Of a stretch of 64,000 bases of DNA, positions 35,823 to 44,609 are shown piece by piece. The translations under genes were made by a program, and so were the position numbers. Positions within the stretch are counted from its first letter, which is position 1, and every line of letters begins with the position of its first letter. The notes beneath the pieces are model-generated. The model saw only the letters and a list, made by a program, of their open reading frames with translations. It ran no database searches and was not told where the DNA came from. This DNA is from a virus: IMG/VR virus record IMGVR_UViG_3300009156_000027; one strand, 5' to 3'.

Positions 35823-36845
35823 TTATTCTGCGGTGATCTCGAACGGGATCTTCCCAGGCATCTTCTTCTCCCTCTCCATCAAATCGTGCAGGCTTCGTAC
35901 GGTGAGCGGGTTGTGCGTCGGGTCGGATTCGTCGAACGGTAGTTTGCGATCGAGCTTGTAAGTCTTGATCATTCGAGACCGCAACTGTTCGACGAACTTG
36001 TCGCTGTCGTCAACTGCGAACACGATTTGTCCGCGCATGGTTGCTGGTCCCTCTTCGATGCGCTCTCCTTTCTCGTTAGCCCACCACAGGAAATCGAATG
36101 GCAAATTGTTGTTGGTCAACCACGTGATCGTGTCGGTGAAGATGTTCGGATACAAATCGACCGGTCTGCTAGTGATGAGAATGATCGTCCAGCCTTGGGC
36201 TCGGCACCATTCGAGAAACGGCTTGGCGTCCGGGAACACCGGAAGGGTTTGCTTGCCGCCGCGTGTGCGGAAGTCGTGTTTAACTTTCTGCCACTCCAGA
36301 TGGGGAAACCCAACGGATGACGACGAAATAAATGTCCCGGACTTCTCGATACGGTCCAGGTTTTCAATCAGTCGCCGAGTATCGGAAGGAGAGAGCTTCA
36401 TCAACTGCGCTCCCCATTCACGAGCCCACCGACACATCCCGGTCAGGTAGTCGGCTAACACCTGATCGATATCAACGATCACCGAGGGTCCATCGATCGT
36501 TGCTAACCACTCCTCCTGGTAGCGATAGCGGACCACTCGGCTCTTGGCGTAGTAGAGTTCTTCCAATCGTTCCATCGGGAAGTCTGCGAGGTCGCAGAGC
36601 GAGAGCCAGTACTTGAACTGGTCAATCAACTCCTCGTGTGAATGAGCGACGTTCTGAAGACGAACCTTCGACCGACGATGCACCTTATAATCGAAGGTGC
36701 GGATGAACTCTAAGGACTCCTCAATCAACCCGAAGGTCAGATCGCGAAGTCGTGCGAGGAACGCCGGCTGATCGTCCTTGAATTTCTCGCGGTCCCAAAT
36801 CAGTTTGTTGAACGCTCGCTGGTCTTTGTAGAGTTTTGTAATCAT
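35823..36845 (-). CDS. Dimeric dUTPase/MazG-like dNTP pyrophosphatase fused to a HAD phosphatase
   Basis: LIEESLEF...HEELIDQFKY (all-alpha NTPase acidic helices); VDIDQVLAD, ITSR, VDD (HAD motifs I, II, IV). Confidence 0.8.
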   Translation of the reverse strand: MITKLYKDQRAFNKLIWDREKFKDDQPAFLARLRDLTFGLIEESLEFIRTFDYKVHRRSKVRLQNVAHSHEELIDQFKYWLSLCDLADFPMERLEELYYAKSRVVRYRYQEEWLATIDGPSVIVDIDQVLADYLTGMCRWAREWGAQLMKLSPSDTRRLIENLDRIEKSGTFISSSSVGFPHLEWQKVKHDFRTRGGKQTLPVFPDAKPFLEWCRAQGWTIILITSRPVDLYPNIFTDTITWLTNNNLPFDFLWWANEKGERIEEGPATMRGQIVFAVDDSDKFVEQLRSRMIKTYKLDRKLPFDESDPTHNPLTVRSLHDLMEREKKMPGKIPFEITAE

Positions 36846-37663
36846 CGCTTGTCGCCATTCTCCGAGACCCAGGTCTCGATATGATGCCACGTCTCGTGGG
36901 CGAGTTCGTCTGGACGCCATGTGGCGAAGCGACCGAAACAGTGCACATCATGTAGACGCATCGTCGCTAGCATCAACTCGCTTTCCGGATGTGCATGAAT
37001 CTTTCCAGGAAGAAGTTTCTTGGCTAGTGACGTCGGAGTGAGTTGTTCGTAGAAATCGTATCCCGGTGTGCGGGTCTCCCGATAGCAAGATACGGTGGGG
37101 TCGGAGAGATAGTTGAGCACCATCCCTTTCGGGTCGTTGAACTTCTTGGGAATGGTGGTCATGAAGATGGCGTTGGACTTAAAGGGTTCCTTGAACTCCG
37201 GACCCACGATCATCAGATCAAGGAAGGCAGGAAGCGGGATCGTGTTGATCAGGATGTCATATTCAATCGTTTTCCAGTCCGCCATCCCCAAGGTATGGCC
37301 GGGCAGGTCGACCATGCGAACCGTCTGACCGAATTCAATCGTGGGCACGGGAAGTTTGGATTCCCACCCTACGCTCTCGTGTTGAAACTGAAGACCCCAG
37401 TTGCCACCATCGTCTTCTTTGCCGATCTTCTTCTTGTAAGCCAAGATGCTCTCTGGGGTAGGAGGTTGGCCGTCAACCAGCGTCGTCACCGGAAACGACT
37501 CCGACGGCACACCCGGGATTGGCTCCCAGAGATACTGCGGCCCCATCCGCGTCTCCATATGATTGACTGGGGGCGTCTTCCGCCAATCCAACAACCGAGC
37601 TTCTGGAACAGCCAACTGGAACAGCTGCGCTGCAAACCCGCCACCTATCACGACTATCTTCAT
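36842..37663 (-). CDS. FAD-dependent enzyme, UDP-galactopyranose-mutase-like fold
   Basis: KIVVIGGGFAA (Rossmann), GPQYL, YDILINTIPL, CFGRFATW motifs. Confidence 0.7.
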   Translation of the reverse strand: MKIVVIGGGFAAQLFQLAVPEARLLDWRKTPPVNHMETRMGPQYLWEPIPGVPSESFPVTTLVDGQPPTPESILAYKKKIGKEDDGGNWGLQFQHESVGWESKLPVPTIEFGQTVRMVDLPGHTLGMADWKTIEYDILINTIPLPAFLDLMIVGPEFKEPFKSNAIFMTTIPKKFNDPKGMVLNYLSDPTVSCYRETRTPGYDFYEQLTPTSLAKKLLPGKIHAHPESELMLATMRLHDVHCFGRFATWRPDELAHETWHHIETWVSENGDKR

Positions 37664-37923
37664 CTCATCCTCACATCTTTGATCGACGCTTCCAGTTGGC
37701 CCTTCGTGGTCAGTACGTAATATCCGCGACGGTCGAGTGTAATATATCCTTTCCGCGCCAAGGCCGCTACCATCGTCCCGTGCAACGATCGCATCGGAAA
37801 TGAATTGATAGCATATCGAATTGCCATCCATTGCCTCGGATGCTTCTGAAGGAAGATGACTCGTTTCTCCGATGCCATCTCCCACAACAACGCTCGTTGT
37901 GCTCTTGTTAGTTCTTTCTTCAC
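37660..37923 (-). CDS. Small winged-helix-like protein
   Basis: LTRAQRALL...TMVAALARKGYI...Y.LT.KG; GTGA coupling. Confidence 0.5.
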   Translation of the reverse strand: MKKELTRAQRALLWEMASEKRVIFLQKHPRQWMAIRYAINSFPMRSLHGTMVAALARKGYITLDRRGYYVLTTKGQLEASIKDVRMR

Positions 37924-38171
37924 TGGTTCGGAACCACCATCGTCGGTACCGCGAGATACCGATGCAGACTCTCTGGGAAGTAGCCGTGTTCGGTTAAGCC
38001 GGTATCGTCCCAGCGAACCGCGCACATCAACACGCCCTGACTCATTGCCGACGGATGTCCTCGATAGACGTCAACGAGCACACCAAACCGCGGTGTGTCG
38101 GTTGCGGTTAATCCCTTGCGCATGACACGCTCACCGATCTCAAGTTGTTTCGGGTTTTCCATCTCCATCCT
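37920..38171 (-). CDS. Small SH3-like hypothetical protein
   Basis: IGERV...G.LV.V...V.WD pattern. Confidence 0.5.
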   Translation of the reverse strand, partial: RMEMENPKQLEIGERVMRKGLTATDTPRFGVLVDVYRGHPSAMSQGVLMCAVRWDDTGLTEHGYFPESLHRYLAVPTMVVPNQ

Positions 38172-38340
38172 CCATAACTGCGATGACACCGACCCGCTCT
38201 GCGCTCAGTGCCTTCAGTTTCTCCACCATGTCATCGAGATATGTTTTCTGAACCAAGGGATTGAACGGGAGCTCCCTCGGCGACATTACGACGGTAAAGA
38301 TGTAACGAATCTTCCGTACCGGAGCCGGATCGTCGCTCAT
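38140..38340 (-). CDS. Hypothetical protein
   Basis: 66 aa, ATGA coupling with upstream gene. Confidence 0.5.
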   Translation of the reverse strand: MSDDPAPVRKIRYIFTVVMSPRELPFNPLVQKTYLDDMVEKLKALSAERVGVIAVMEDGDGKPETT

Positions 38341-38489
38341 GCGACACCCCGTCTCTTCGCTACCGCATCACACGACCGCCATCCCCTGCGGTACCCGAAC
38401 CCATAACTGATTCCAATGACAGGGATCAACGAGATTCCCCACATCATGAGCCAAAACAGATTCCAAAAGTCTTGCTGGTCGATTGGCAT
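38337..38489 (-). CDS. 50-aa single-TM protein, not in ORF track
   Basis: GGAGATGGAGATG start motif; MPIDQQDFWNLFWLMMWGISLIPVIGISYGFGYRRG. Confidence 0.55.
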   Translation of the reverse strand: MPIDQQDFWNLFWLMMWGISLIPVIGISYGFGYRRGWRSCDAVAKRRGVA

Positions 38490-38501
38490 CTCCATCTCCT
38501 T

Positions 38502-39533
38502 TTACAGTTCGTCGGCCAGTTCGCGAAATACCTTTTCGCGTTTGTAAAATCCCGTATAATCTCCACGTGCGCAAATCGGCAGCATCGCACACGTGCCGTA
38601 CTTGTTCTGACACGCATCCGAATTCTTGTAGTGACCGGCCAACCCATTCCACCACAACATGAAGTCGGACACCAGATCCCGAAGCTCCAGCTCGTTGCGT
38701 TCGAGATCCTTCTTCGTCACACGCATCTGCATGCGTATGAAATACCATTCAGGTCGCTTGCGAACGTCCTCAGCAACCCGTCGTGCAAATTTTACTACTG
38801 ATTCAGTTTTCTTTTGCCGAAGCCCCGGCCGCCTTATTATGTTGTAAAGCAAGCCCTCTGGCAACACCTTTTCTAGCCACCACAAATTCAACAGGTAAAT
38901 GTTAACTTGCAGTTCATGGGGTAGGATATCTGCGATGTCGCTCTCCCCACGCTCACCGAGGTTTGACTTCGTTTTGGTCTCCAAAAGCCATGGCCGACCC
39001 GCAGTGGTTCGCTTGTACGATCCGTCCATCTTGCCACGGATGAACGTTTTCATTAAGCGGCCGTCCGGTCGTTCGACCTTGAACCGAACTTTGAATTCAG
39101 ATTCGATTCGTTCCCACAACAACTTGAAGTCTTTTTGCCAATAGCGGAAATACTCAGGCATCAGCGCTTCAAGCAGGATCATGGAAAACTCGAGGTACTG
39201 CAACGACTCCGCATCAGCTCTTGGATTCTCCTCCTTCCAGATTCGCTCGACTTTTCGACAGACGTCCTTGATGTATTGAGGACTAGGCAAGGAAGTGAGA
39301 CGACCTTCTCGCACATCCTCGTACATACGTTGGCAGATGCCATGGCAGAGTCCACCGAAGACTTGGCCCAAGGAGTTCTTCCGTGATGTCCATCCATTCA
39401 GGAACAAGCGTGCGCGCTCCCGACATCCTTTGAACGTGGTGAGAAGAGAGAAGGTCACACCGTCCCGCTCTGGGTCGTAGAACCGAGCCGGGACTTCCTT
39501 CATCGGAATGAGACGCAACGCTTTGATTTTCAC
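38502..39533 (-). CDS. PD-(D/E)xK Cas4/RecB-like exonuclease
   Basis: S.L.TFKGC.ER, RGKMDG, LLETKT, QVNIY, C....GTC.MLPIC motifs. Confidence 0.85.
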   Translation of the reverse strand: MKIKALRLIPMKEVPARFYDPERDGVTFSLLTTFKGCRERARLFLNGWTSRKNSLGQVFGGLCHGICQRMYEDVREGRLTSLPSPQYIKDVCRKVERIWKEENPRADAESLQYLEFSMILLEALMPEYFRYWQKDFKLLWERIESEFKVRFKVERPDGRLMKTFIRGKMDGSYKRTTAGRPWLLETKTKSNLGERGESDIADILPHELQVNIYLLNLWWLEKVLPEGLLYNIIRRPGLRQKKTESVVKFARRVAEDVRKRPEWYFIRMQMRVTKKDLERNELELRDLVSDFMLWWNGLAGHYKNSDACQNKYGTCAMLPICARGDYTGFYKREKVFRELADEL

Positions 39534-39549
39534 AACGACTCCAAATTGT

Positions 39550-39630
39550 GCCCGGCCCCGGACCTGGATTAGGGATCCGTAGCGGTATGCATACCCACTA
39601 TCCGCTCGACTGGTCGTGGGCGGGCCGGGC
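39550..39630 (-). other. Structured intergenic element (81 nt)
   Basis: 9-bp terminal stem GCCCGGCCC/GGGCCGGGC enclosing further complementary segments and the 12-bp palindrome GGTATGCATACC (39584-39595). Confidence 0.45.
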
Positions 39631-39639
39631 GACCTCGAA

Positions 39640-39747
39640 CTATCTTGCCATACACCGGATTACATCGCTGTAAAATCCCTGCGCGAGAATCCCGAACATA
39701 AACGCGCAGGCAGCGATGATCAGGAGTGTCAGCGGAGCGATCTTCAC
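39640..39747 (-). CDS. 35-aa hydrophobic peptide, not in ORF track
   Basis: GTG start after SD-like AGGT; MKIAPLTLLIIAACAFMFGILAQGFYSDVIRCMAR. Confidence 0.4.
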   Translation of the reverse strand: MKIAPLTLLIIAACAFMFGILAQGFYSDVIRCMAR

Positions 39748-39750
39748 GAC

Positions 39751-39963
39751 CTACTTTCCTTTCTTCTGGGCGTACTTGTAGATGTTCAGACCGATGACCA
39801 CGTCACCGACCTTCTTGTTCCCTTGCGTCGTTGCAATGATGAGCGTCTTCCCCGACGCCGACGGCTCCGTGGGTGCCGCCAGGTCGACCACGATGGTCAT
39901 TTCGTTCCCGTCGACCGACACATTGACATTCCGTCCGAGTTCTTCCGTCTTCTTCTTAGCCAT
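39751..39963 (-). CDS. Small conserved putative DNA-binding protein
   Basis: PSASGKTLIIATTQGN motif; SD AGGAG. Confidence 0.65.
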   Translation of the reverse strand: MAKKKTEELGRNVNVSVDGNEMTIVVDLAAPTEPSASGKTLIIATTQGNKKVGDVVIGLNIYKYAQKKGK

Positions 39964-40447
39964 CTACCTCTCCTTTGAGAAACTTCTTGACATTCTTGAC
40001 TCGATCTACGGGAACCTCGAAAGTCATCCGAACCATCTTCTTCTTCAACTTGGGATCGATTTCGGTTTCGGCTTCGTCTACCTTCTCCTTGGAGTACCAC
40101 AGGAGCGCGAATCGTGCGTTCGTGGGTTTCTCCCGTCTCGTCTTTTTTCCGTTCTTCGTGGGAGGACGATCCATTGGATTGAACTCGAAGAGGTGATTTT
40201 TGAAACCCTTCTTCTCGAGTTCAACCCTCTTCGGATTATTGATGAGTCGCAACCACATAGCGACTCTCCACCAATCTCCTTCCAATCGCACGCGAGCACC
40301 ATTCGCTAGTCGTTCTTGAAATGACCCGAGGTTCGTGTAGTTACTGCTCCCAGCCGGAACGATTTCGTGAATGTCCGGATGGGCTTGGAGAGATACCAGA
40401 CAATTTCCAGTATCCTTCCTTCGAGGAAGTCGCTTCTTCTTTTCCAT
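39956..40447 (-). CDS. Hypothetical basic protein
   Basis: SD AGGAG; 163 aa. Confidence 0.55.
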   Translation of the reverse strand: MEKKKRLPRRKDTGNCLVSLQAHPDIHEIVPAGSSNYTNLGSFQERLANGARVRLEGDWWRVAMWLRLINNPKRVELEKKGFKNHLFEFNPMDRPPTKNGKKTRREKPTNARFALLWYSKEKVDEAETEIDPKLKKKMVRMTFEVPVDRVKNVKKFLKGEVDG

Positions 40448-40458
40448 CTCGTCTTCTC

Positions 40459-40671
40459 CTAGTTACCAAAGCCGATCGTAATGATGAACGACCTTGGTTT
40501 CTTCTGTGAACGACGCAGAGCCTCTGCACGGAGGTACTGTTTCGCTCGGTTAAGATCGTTGGTCCACTTGCTGCCGGTCCAGTACTTGCGTTCTCCATCC
40601 CCAGTATCGACACGGCAGATCACTGTTGACGGATACTCCACATCTCGCTCCTTTCTCGCTCTGATCTTCAT
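40459..40671 (-). CDS. Hypothetical protein
   Basis: TAATG coupling with the RuvC stop; 70 aa. Confidence 0.55.
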   Translation of the reverse strand: MKIRARKERDVEYPSTVICRVDTGDGERKYWTGSKWTNDLNRAKQYLRAEALRRSQKKPRSFIITIGFGN

Positions 40672-41156
40672 TAGAATTTTCCCATCTTCCACAAACCGAT
40701 ACCTACTGCATCCCACACGTCCTTCTCCCAATTTCGTGTGGCCCCCGGCCCGTAGCGTTTAATCAACCGACGTGTGACGACCGATTTCGGTAACTGCCCT
40801 TTCCAATCCTTGGGGGTCACCGGTGTAAACGATTTCGCTTCCTTGAAGTAGCCGGCCAACACACCCACCAGAAAGACGAGCTTCTGGAGATCGCCTGCCG
40901 CCCATCCAAGTTGAATCCCGTGCCACGACGGAAACTCGGAAACGAAATCAGTCTCGTACACGCTTACCGATCCCCCCATTGGTCCGAGATCCCACATCGC
41001 TTGGTCGAGCTCCTTGGCGATCCACAGTGCTCTGGCGGTGAGTTCGAGTTTCCGTGGGGCCTTGATAAGACCGACTCGGTGTGGCGGACGAACGGAAGGA
41101 GTGCGTTCCCAATAGGCCCATCCAAGCGAGTTCAACCCAGGGTCGATCGCTAGCAT
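40671..41156 (-). CDS. RuvC-like Holliday junction resolvase
   Basis: LAIDPG..SLGWA, acidic residue in SEFP, V.P..WKG, D.WDAVGIG motifs. Confidence 0.85.
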   Translation of the reverse strand: MLAIDPGLNSLGWAYWERTPSVRPPHRVGLIKAPRKLELTARALWIAKELDQAMWDLGPMGGSVSVYETDFVSEFPSWHGIQLGWAAGDLQKLVFLVGVLAGYFKEAKSFTPVTPKDWKGQLPKSVVTRRLIKRYGPGATRNWEKDVWDAVGIGLWKMGKF

Positions 41157-41466
41157 CCCCATACACAGGCACCCCATTGATATACAATCCGCAGCAGTTC
41201 AACGGACGAGAAAACGAATAGCGTTCAGGAAATACTCTTGACGACGCCGAACCGGTGGTCGCGACCGTCGGACCAATAGGGTATCTTCTCGTAGGCGCGA
41301 CGAACTCTCTGCTCTTCATCGCTTGGAGGACGGACGGATCGACTGTCGGTCCGTGGATCATATCGATAGGCTTTCCGAGGTCCGCGTTCGTATAGACCTT
41401 TTGGCACAGGACCAACCTCGTCGAAAATGTAGATAGTACGAAGATCGTAATCAGGAACTCTTTCAT
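40948..41466 (-). CDS. Putative secreted protein with KVYTNADL motif (3' end uncertain)
   Basis: SD AAGGTGA; signal-like N-terminus; GC3-biased codons; long overlaps with both neighbours. Confidence 0.45.
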   Translation of the reverse strand: MKEFLITIFVLSTFSTRLVLCQKVYTNADLGKPIDMIHGPTVDPSVLQAMKSREFVAPTRRYPIGPTVATTGSASSRVFPERYSFSRPLNCCGLYINGVPVYGDASDRPWVELAWMGLLGTHSFRSSATPSRSYQGPTETRTHRQSTVDRQGARPSDVGSRTNGGIGKRVRD

Positions 41467-41686
41467 GGCGGATCACCTTCAGACGGTAGACACCGTCCGC
41501 TCCTTTTTTCATATCGAAGGTTGACTCGTGATGATGGCCCAATCCCCATGTCGACTCGATATCGATAGAGGACGTTCCATCCTCGTGTTCGACGACGACG
41601 TACTGCGAGTCTCCAAGTCCGATCGATTCGTACATATGCCGTTCGATATCGGACCAGTCGAACTGGTAGTGGCGTCGTCGTTTCAT
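41225..41686 (-). CDS. Hypothetical protein (3' end uncertain)
   Basis: ATGA-coupled start; overlaps the next ORF by 242 nt. Confidence 0.45.
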   Translation of the reverse strand: MKRRRHYQFDWSDIERHMYESIGLGDSQYVVVEHEDGTSSIDIESTWGLGHHHESTFDMKKGADGVYRLKVIRHERVPDYDLRTIYIFDEVGPVPKGLYERGPRKAYRYDPRTDSRSVRPPSDEEQRVRRAYEKIPYWSDGRDHRFGVVKSIS

Positions 41687-41996
41687 CGGAGTGTTCCCAA
41701 GTCGTGAGCGATGAGAAGATACTTCTGGATCTTCTGCGTCTTCGCGAACTCGAACCGCCCGCCCGATCGGACATGTCCCAGGCATCGATCCCGATCATGC
41801 CCAACGACGCACGCAGGTCGTAGTATTCCCGAAGGATGCGTTCCCGATTCGTTAAGAGTCCGGGGTTGTCCTCCGGCTTATCGTCTGGAAGGTGTTGCAC
41901 CTGTTCCATCCCGAACCGTTTCGCCTTGGCGATACGATGCGCGACTTCGCAACACTCTTCCATCGTGACAGTCATCAGGTGTTCCATCTCAGTCAC
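41683..41996 (-). pseudogene. MazG-like pyrophosphohydrolase, frameshifted near 41760
   Basis: EHLM....EECCEVAHRIAKAKRFG...TNRERI..E..DL; the expected tail KTQKIQKYLLIAHDLGTLR* lies in the -1 frame and its TGA overlaps the next ATG. Confidence 0.65.
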
Positions 41997-42466
41997 GACA
42001 CCACCGTCCCCTTCGCGATCCGGTCCTCGCTCAGACGTTGGAAGAACTGTGCCTGCGTCTCCACGTTCAGATGCATGTTGTGCACCATCGCGACGTAGAG
42101 TTCGTAGGCCGCCGCACGGACAGGAAGTTGCGCATGACGATAGGCGATCACCTCCAACGCATGCATGATATGCGAATACCAATGCTGCGGCAGATGGCCG
42201 AACTCCGACGGTTTGAAATTCGTCGGCGGATGGCTTTGAAAGAACGCCCCTGGGACGTCGACCTCGCGCACATCTGCAGGGTTCATGAAACACCAACGGA
42301 CAAACGCCGTGATCCGCCGACCAGGCGACTCCGCCACTCCTCGTGCGGTCCATTGCTTCGGTTCGTCGTCGCAGCCACGCACCGCGGTCAACAGTGTTCC
42401 CTGTTCGCGCAAAGGGAGTCGCATCACCCAATCTTGCAACACACTTGTCTCGGGATTCTCCAACAT
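41993..42466 (-). CDS. Conserved phage hypothetical protein
   Basis: SVLQDWV..LP.R.QG.LLTAVRGCD, HWY.H.MHA.EV.AYRH; GGAGACGAAGATG start motif. Confidence 0.65.
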   Translation of the reverse strand: MLENPETSVLQDWVMRLPLREQGTLLTAVRGCDDEPKQWTARGVAESPGRRITAFVRWCFMNPADVREVDVPGAFFQSHPPTNFKPSEFGHLPQHWYSHIMHALEVIAYRHAQLPVRAAAYELYVAMVHNMHLNVETQAQFFQRLSEDRIAKGTVVS

Positions 42467-42478
42467 CTTCGTCTCCTT

Positions 42479-42697
42479 TTACATTACCGGTTCTTTGATC
42501 CGATCGACACGGATCAATCGTACCCCAGGGACTGGCCGTCGTGCTCGTTCTTCATGTTGCACGCAGAAGTACAGATGGAACAGTCCGCCACCTTCGAGCT
42601 CTCGTTGCGAACACCAGATAGCTGGTTTGTCGCACAAGGCTCGATCGTCGTTCTCGATCACGGCGTCACACTTGCCTTCTCGGTTCCTTTTCTTCAT
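42479..42697 (-). CDS. Small Cys/His-rich protein
   Basis: C...C..PA...FC..H pattern. Confidence 0.5.
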   Translation of the reverse strand: MKKRNREGKCDAVIENDDRALCDKPAIWCSQRELEGGGLFHLYFCVQHEERARRPVPGVRLIRVDRIKEPVM

Positions 42698-42986
42698 CTT
42701 CTTCTCCTAATCTTAATTCGTATCCGATGACCCGACGACAATCTCATGACATCGAAATCGCAATACAGAAAACACGGAAAACAGGTCGTGTGCCGAACCG
42801 TGACTAAATTCTTGCAACCTCGACAGATACAACGAAACAACTTCACAGCGGACGCGCTCAACGAAAGTAAACCCAAATCGACCCACCGACCATCAGTGCC
42901 AAAAAGAACGCCAAGATCGCCCAATCAAGCCACCATGGATTCGACGGACCCCAATCATCTCCCGATCCTGTAGCCATCCTCATCTC

Positions 42987-44356
42987 CTATGCAACGTTGT
43001 CCAACGGATACACCCGACGCCATCGATCGATCATACCCTTCAAGACCAAGTTGAACTGTTTGGCGGTCAGCTTCTTCTCGCGCAGTCGCGGCACTACCTC
43101 TTCGTCAACCGAATTTCTGGTGATGAGATCGATATGCAACAGTGGACGTTTCTTCGTCAGATGCTCAATCCGCTTCTCGCATTGGCTTCGGACTTCGTTC
43201 TCCCACATGTTGCTATAGTAGATATCCGTGTCTGCGGCTGCGAGATTCAAACCGTACATACCGAGCTTTTCCTGCACCACCAAAACGCGAATCTTCCCTT
43301 TCTGGAAATCCTTAATCCGATGGCGACGTTTGACTCGGTCCGTCGCGCCGGTCATGGTCGCAGTCTTGATCCCCTTTGAGTTGAGGTATTGATACAGTCC
43401 GCGTATCTCCGAACGGAACCGTGCCCATACCACGATCTGCGAGTTCTTCGGAAGGTCGTTCTTGAGAATCGATAGAACCTCTTTTAGCTTGGCGTCGCTC
43501 ACCAGATCCTTGCCGTCCGGAGCATATCCGCCAGCCAGTCGAGCCAACCAGGTCTGTTGAACGGGTGCCCACTTCGTTTCCTTTCCTTCGTATTCAAAAT
43601 CCTTAATGATCTGCCGCTGCAAGCGTTTCTGAACTCCGTTCATCTCGACCACACGTTTTTCGTAGACGTGTTGCGACCCCATCCCGGCTTGTTTGGCTGT
43701 GAGGATGAAGACATTCGAGTGTACTTCGTTCTTGATCGCTTCCATCGTTCCTTTCTTCGGACGCCATTCATACGTGGCCCATCTGGGTTGATAGAAGTGG
43801 CGTCCCCGGAACTGCCAGTAGTTGTCCGTCCCGAGCATATCTCCTTTCATCCAGACGACTTGATTGAACCAGTTGAGGACCGACTCCGGGTTAGGCAAGC
43901 CAGACATAGCGCGCGATGCTCCACCTCAGTTTGACGAAGTAATACTTTAGTGATCGCCGCTTTCGGCGACCGGATGCGTGTGCTTTCGTCGAGGATGATC
44001 CCATCTTCATCCTTGTCTAAGAGTTCGAGCAACTCCGGGTGGGTGCGGAGATACTCGTAGTTAATGAGATGCCAGCCCGGTAGGTTGGCGACAACCGACG
44101 GTCGATGTGATTTCGTAATCTCAGTAAGAATGTGCACACGACGATCAGGTACACCTTCAATCTCAAGCTCTTCGACCCAACCGGGATTGATGGTGGACAA
44201 GGGAGCCACCACCAACACCCGCCTGAGCCGCCGCGCCTTGGCCCAACGAATCGCTACAGAAGACTTTCCTGTGCGCATCTCCATCGCCAGGAAGATCCGA
44301 CTTCTGGGTAACGCGTATGCCATTGCCCGAACCTGATGGGGTCTATGTTTGTGCAT
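42987..44356 (-). pseudogene. SNF2-family helicase split by a frameshift near 43908
   Basis: HQ, EMRTGKS, VVAP, INYE, LDES in ORF 43847-44368; SGLP, IVVWARF, TG, YGLNL, YYSN, Q...R..H in ORF 42987-43907; the break falls in motif III. Confidence 0.8.
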
Positions 44357-44609
44357 TCCCCATCTCAATCGCTTCGGCCGAAGGACCGCGCGAGTCCCCG
44401 ACCTTCGGTTCGAACGAACAGGGTTGTCCTTCCCACATATCGTAGATGGGGAATCCGTACTTCACTTTCGTCTGGTGGGCGAAGTACTTTACACCATCAT
44501 CGCCGGTGATCCAAAAGAATCCCCGATCAGGCAAGGTGGCCTTGACTTTGCCGGTCATCCGTACCGATGTCCTATTCTGCATGTCCGATCCTCGATCCGT
44601 GATCAGCAT
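44343..44609 (-). CDS. Cold-shock domain protein
   Basis: MTGKVK....RGFFWI...G..YFAH......GQ...FE......GP.A..I (RNP1/RNP2-like). Confidence 0.8.
   Translation of the reverse strand: MLITDRGSDMQNRTSVRMTGKVKATLPDRGFFWITGDDGVKYFAHQTKVKYGFPIYDMWEGQPCSFEPKVGDSRGPSAEAIEMGNAQT

Noticed and set aside
39550-39630. Possible tRNA gene (about 80 nt with a GC-rich closing stem)
   Set aside because: No T-loop consensus or 7-nt anticodon loop can be formed on either strand; kept only as a generic structured element.
41463-42431. 322-aa ORF as a single gene
   Set aside because: Its 5' part is an alternate frame of 41993-42466 and its 3' part is out-of-frame read-through; only about 41996-41765 looks protein-like.
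42694-42985. A TM-encoding segment (…QDREDDWGPSNPWWLDWAILAFFL…) and ORF 42694-42924
   Set aside because: The TM frame lacks an in-frame start (possible further frameshift near 42970) and the alternative ORF has no SD; too uncertain to call.
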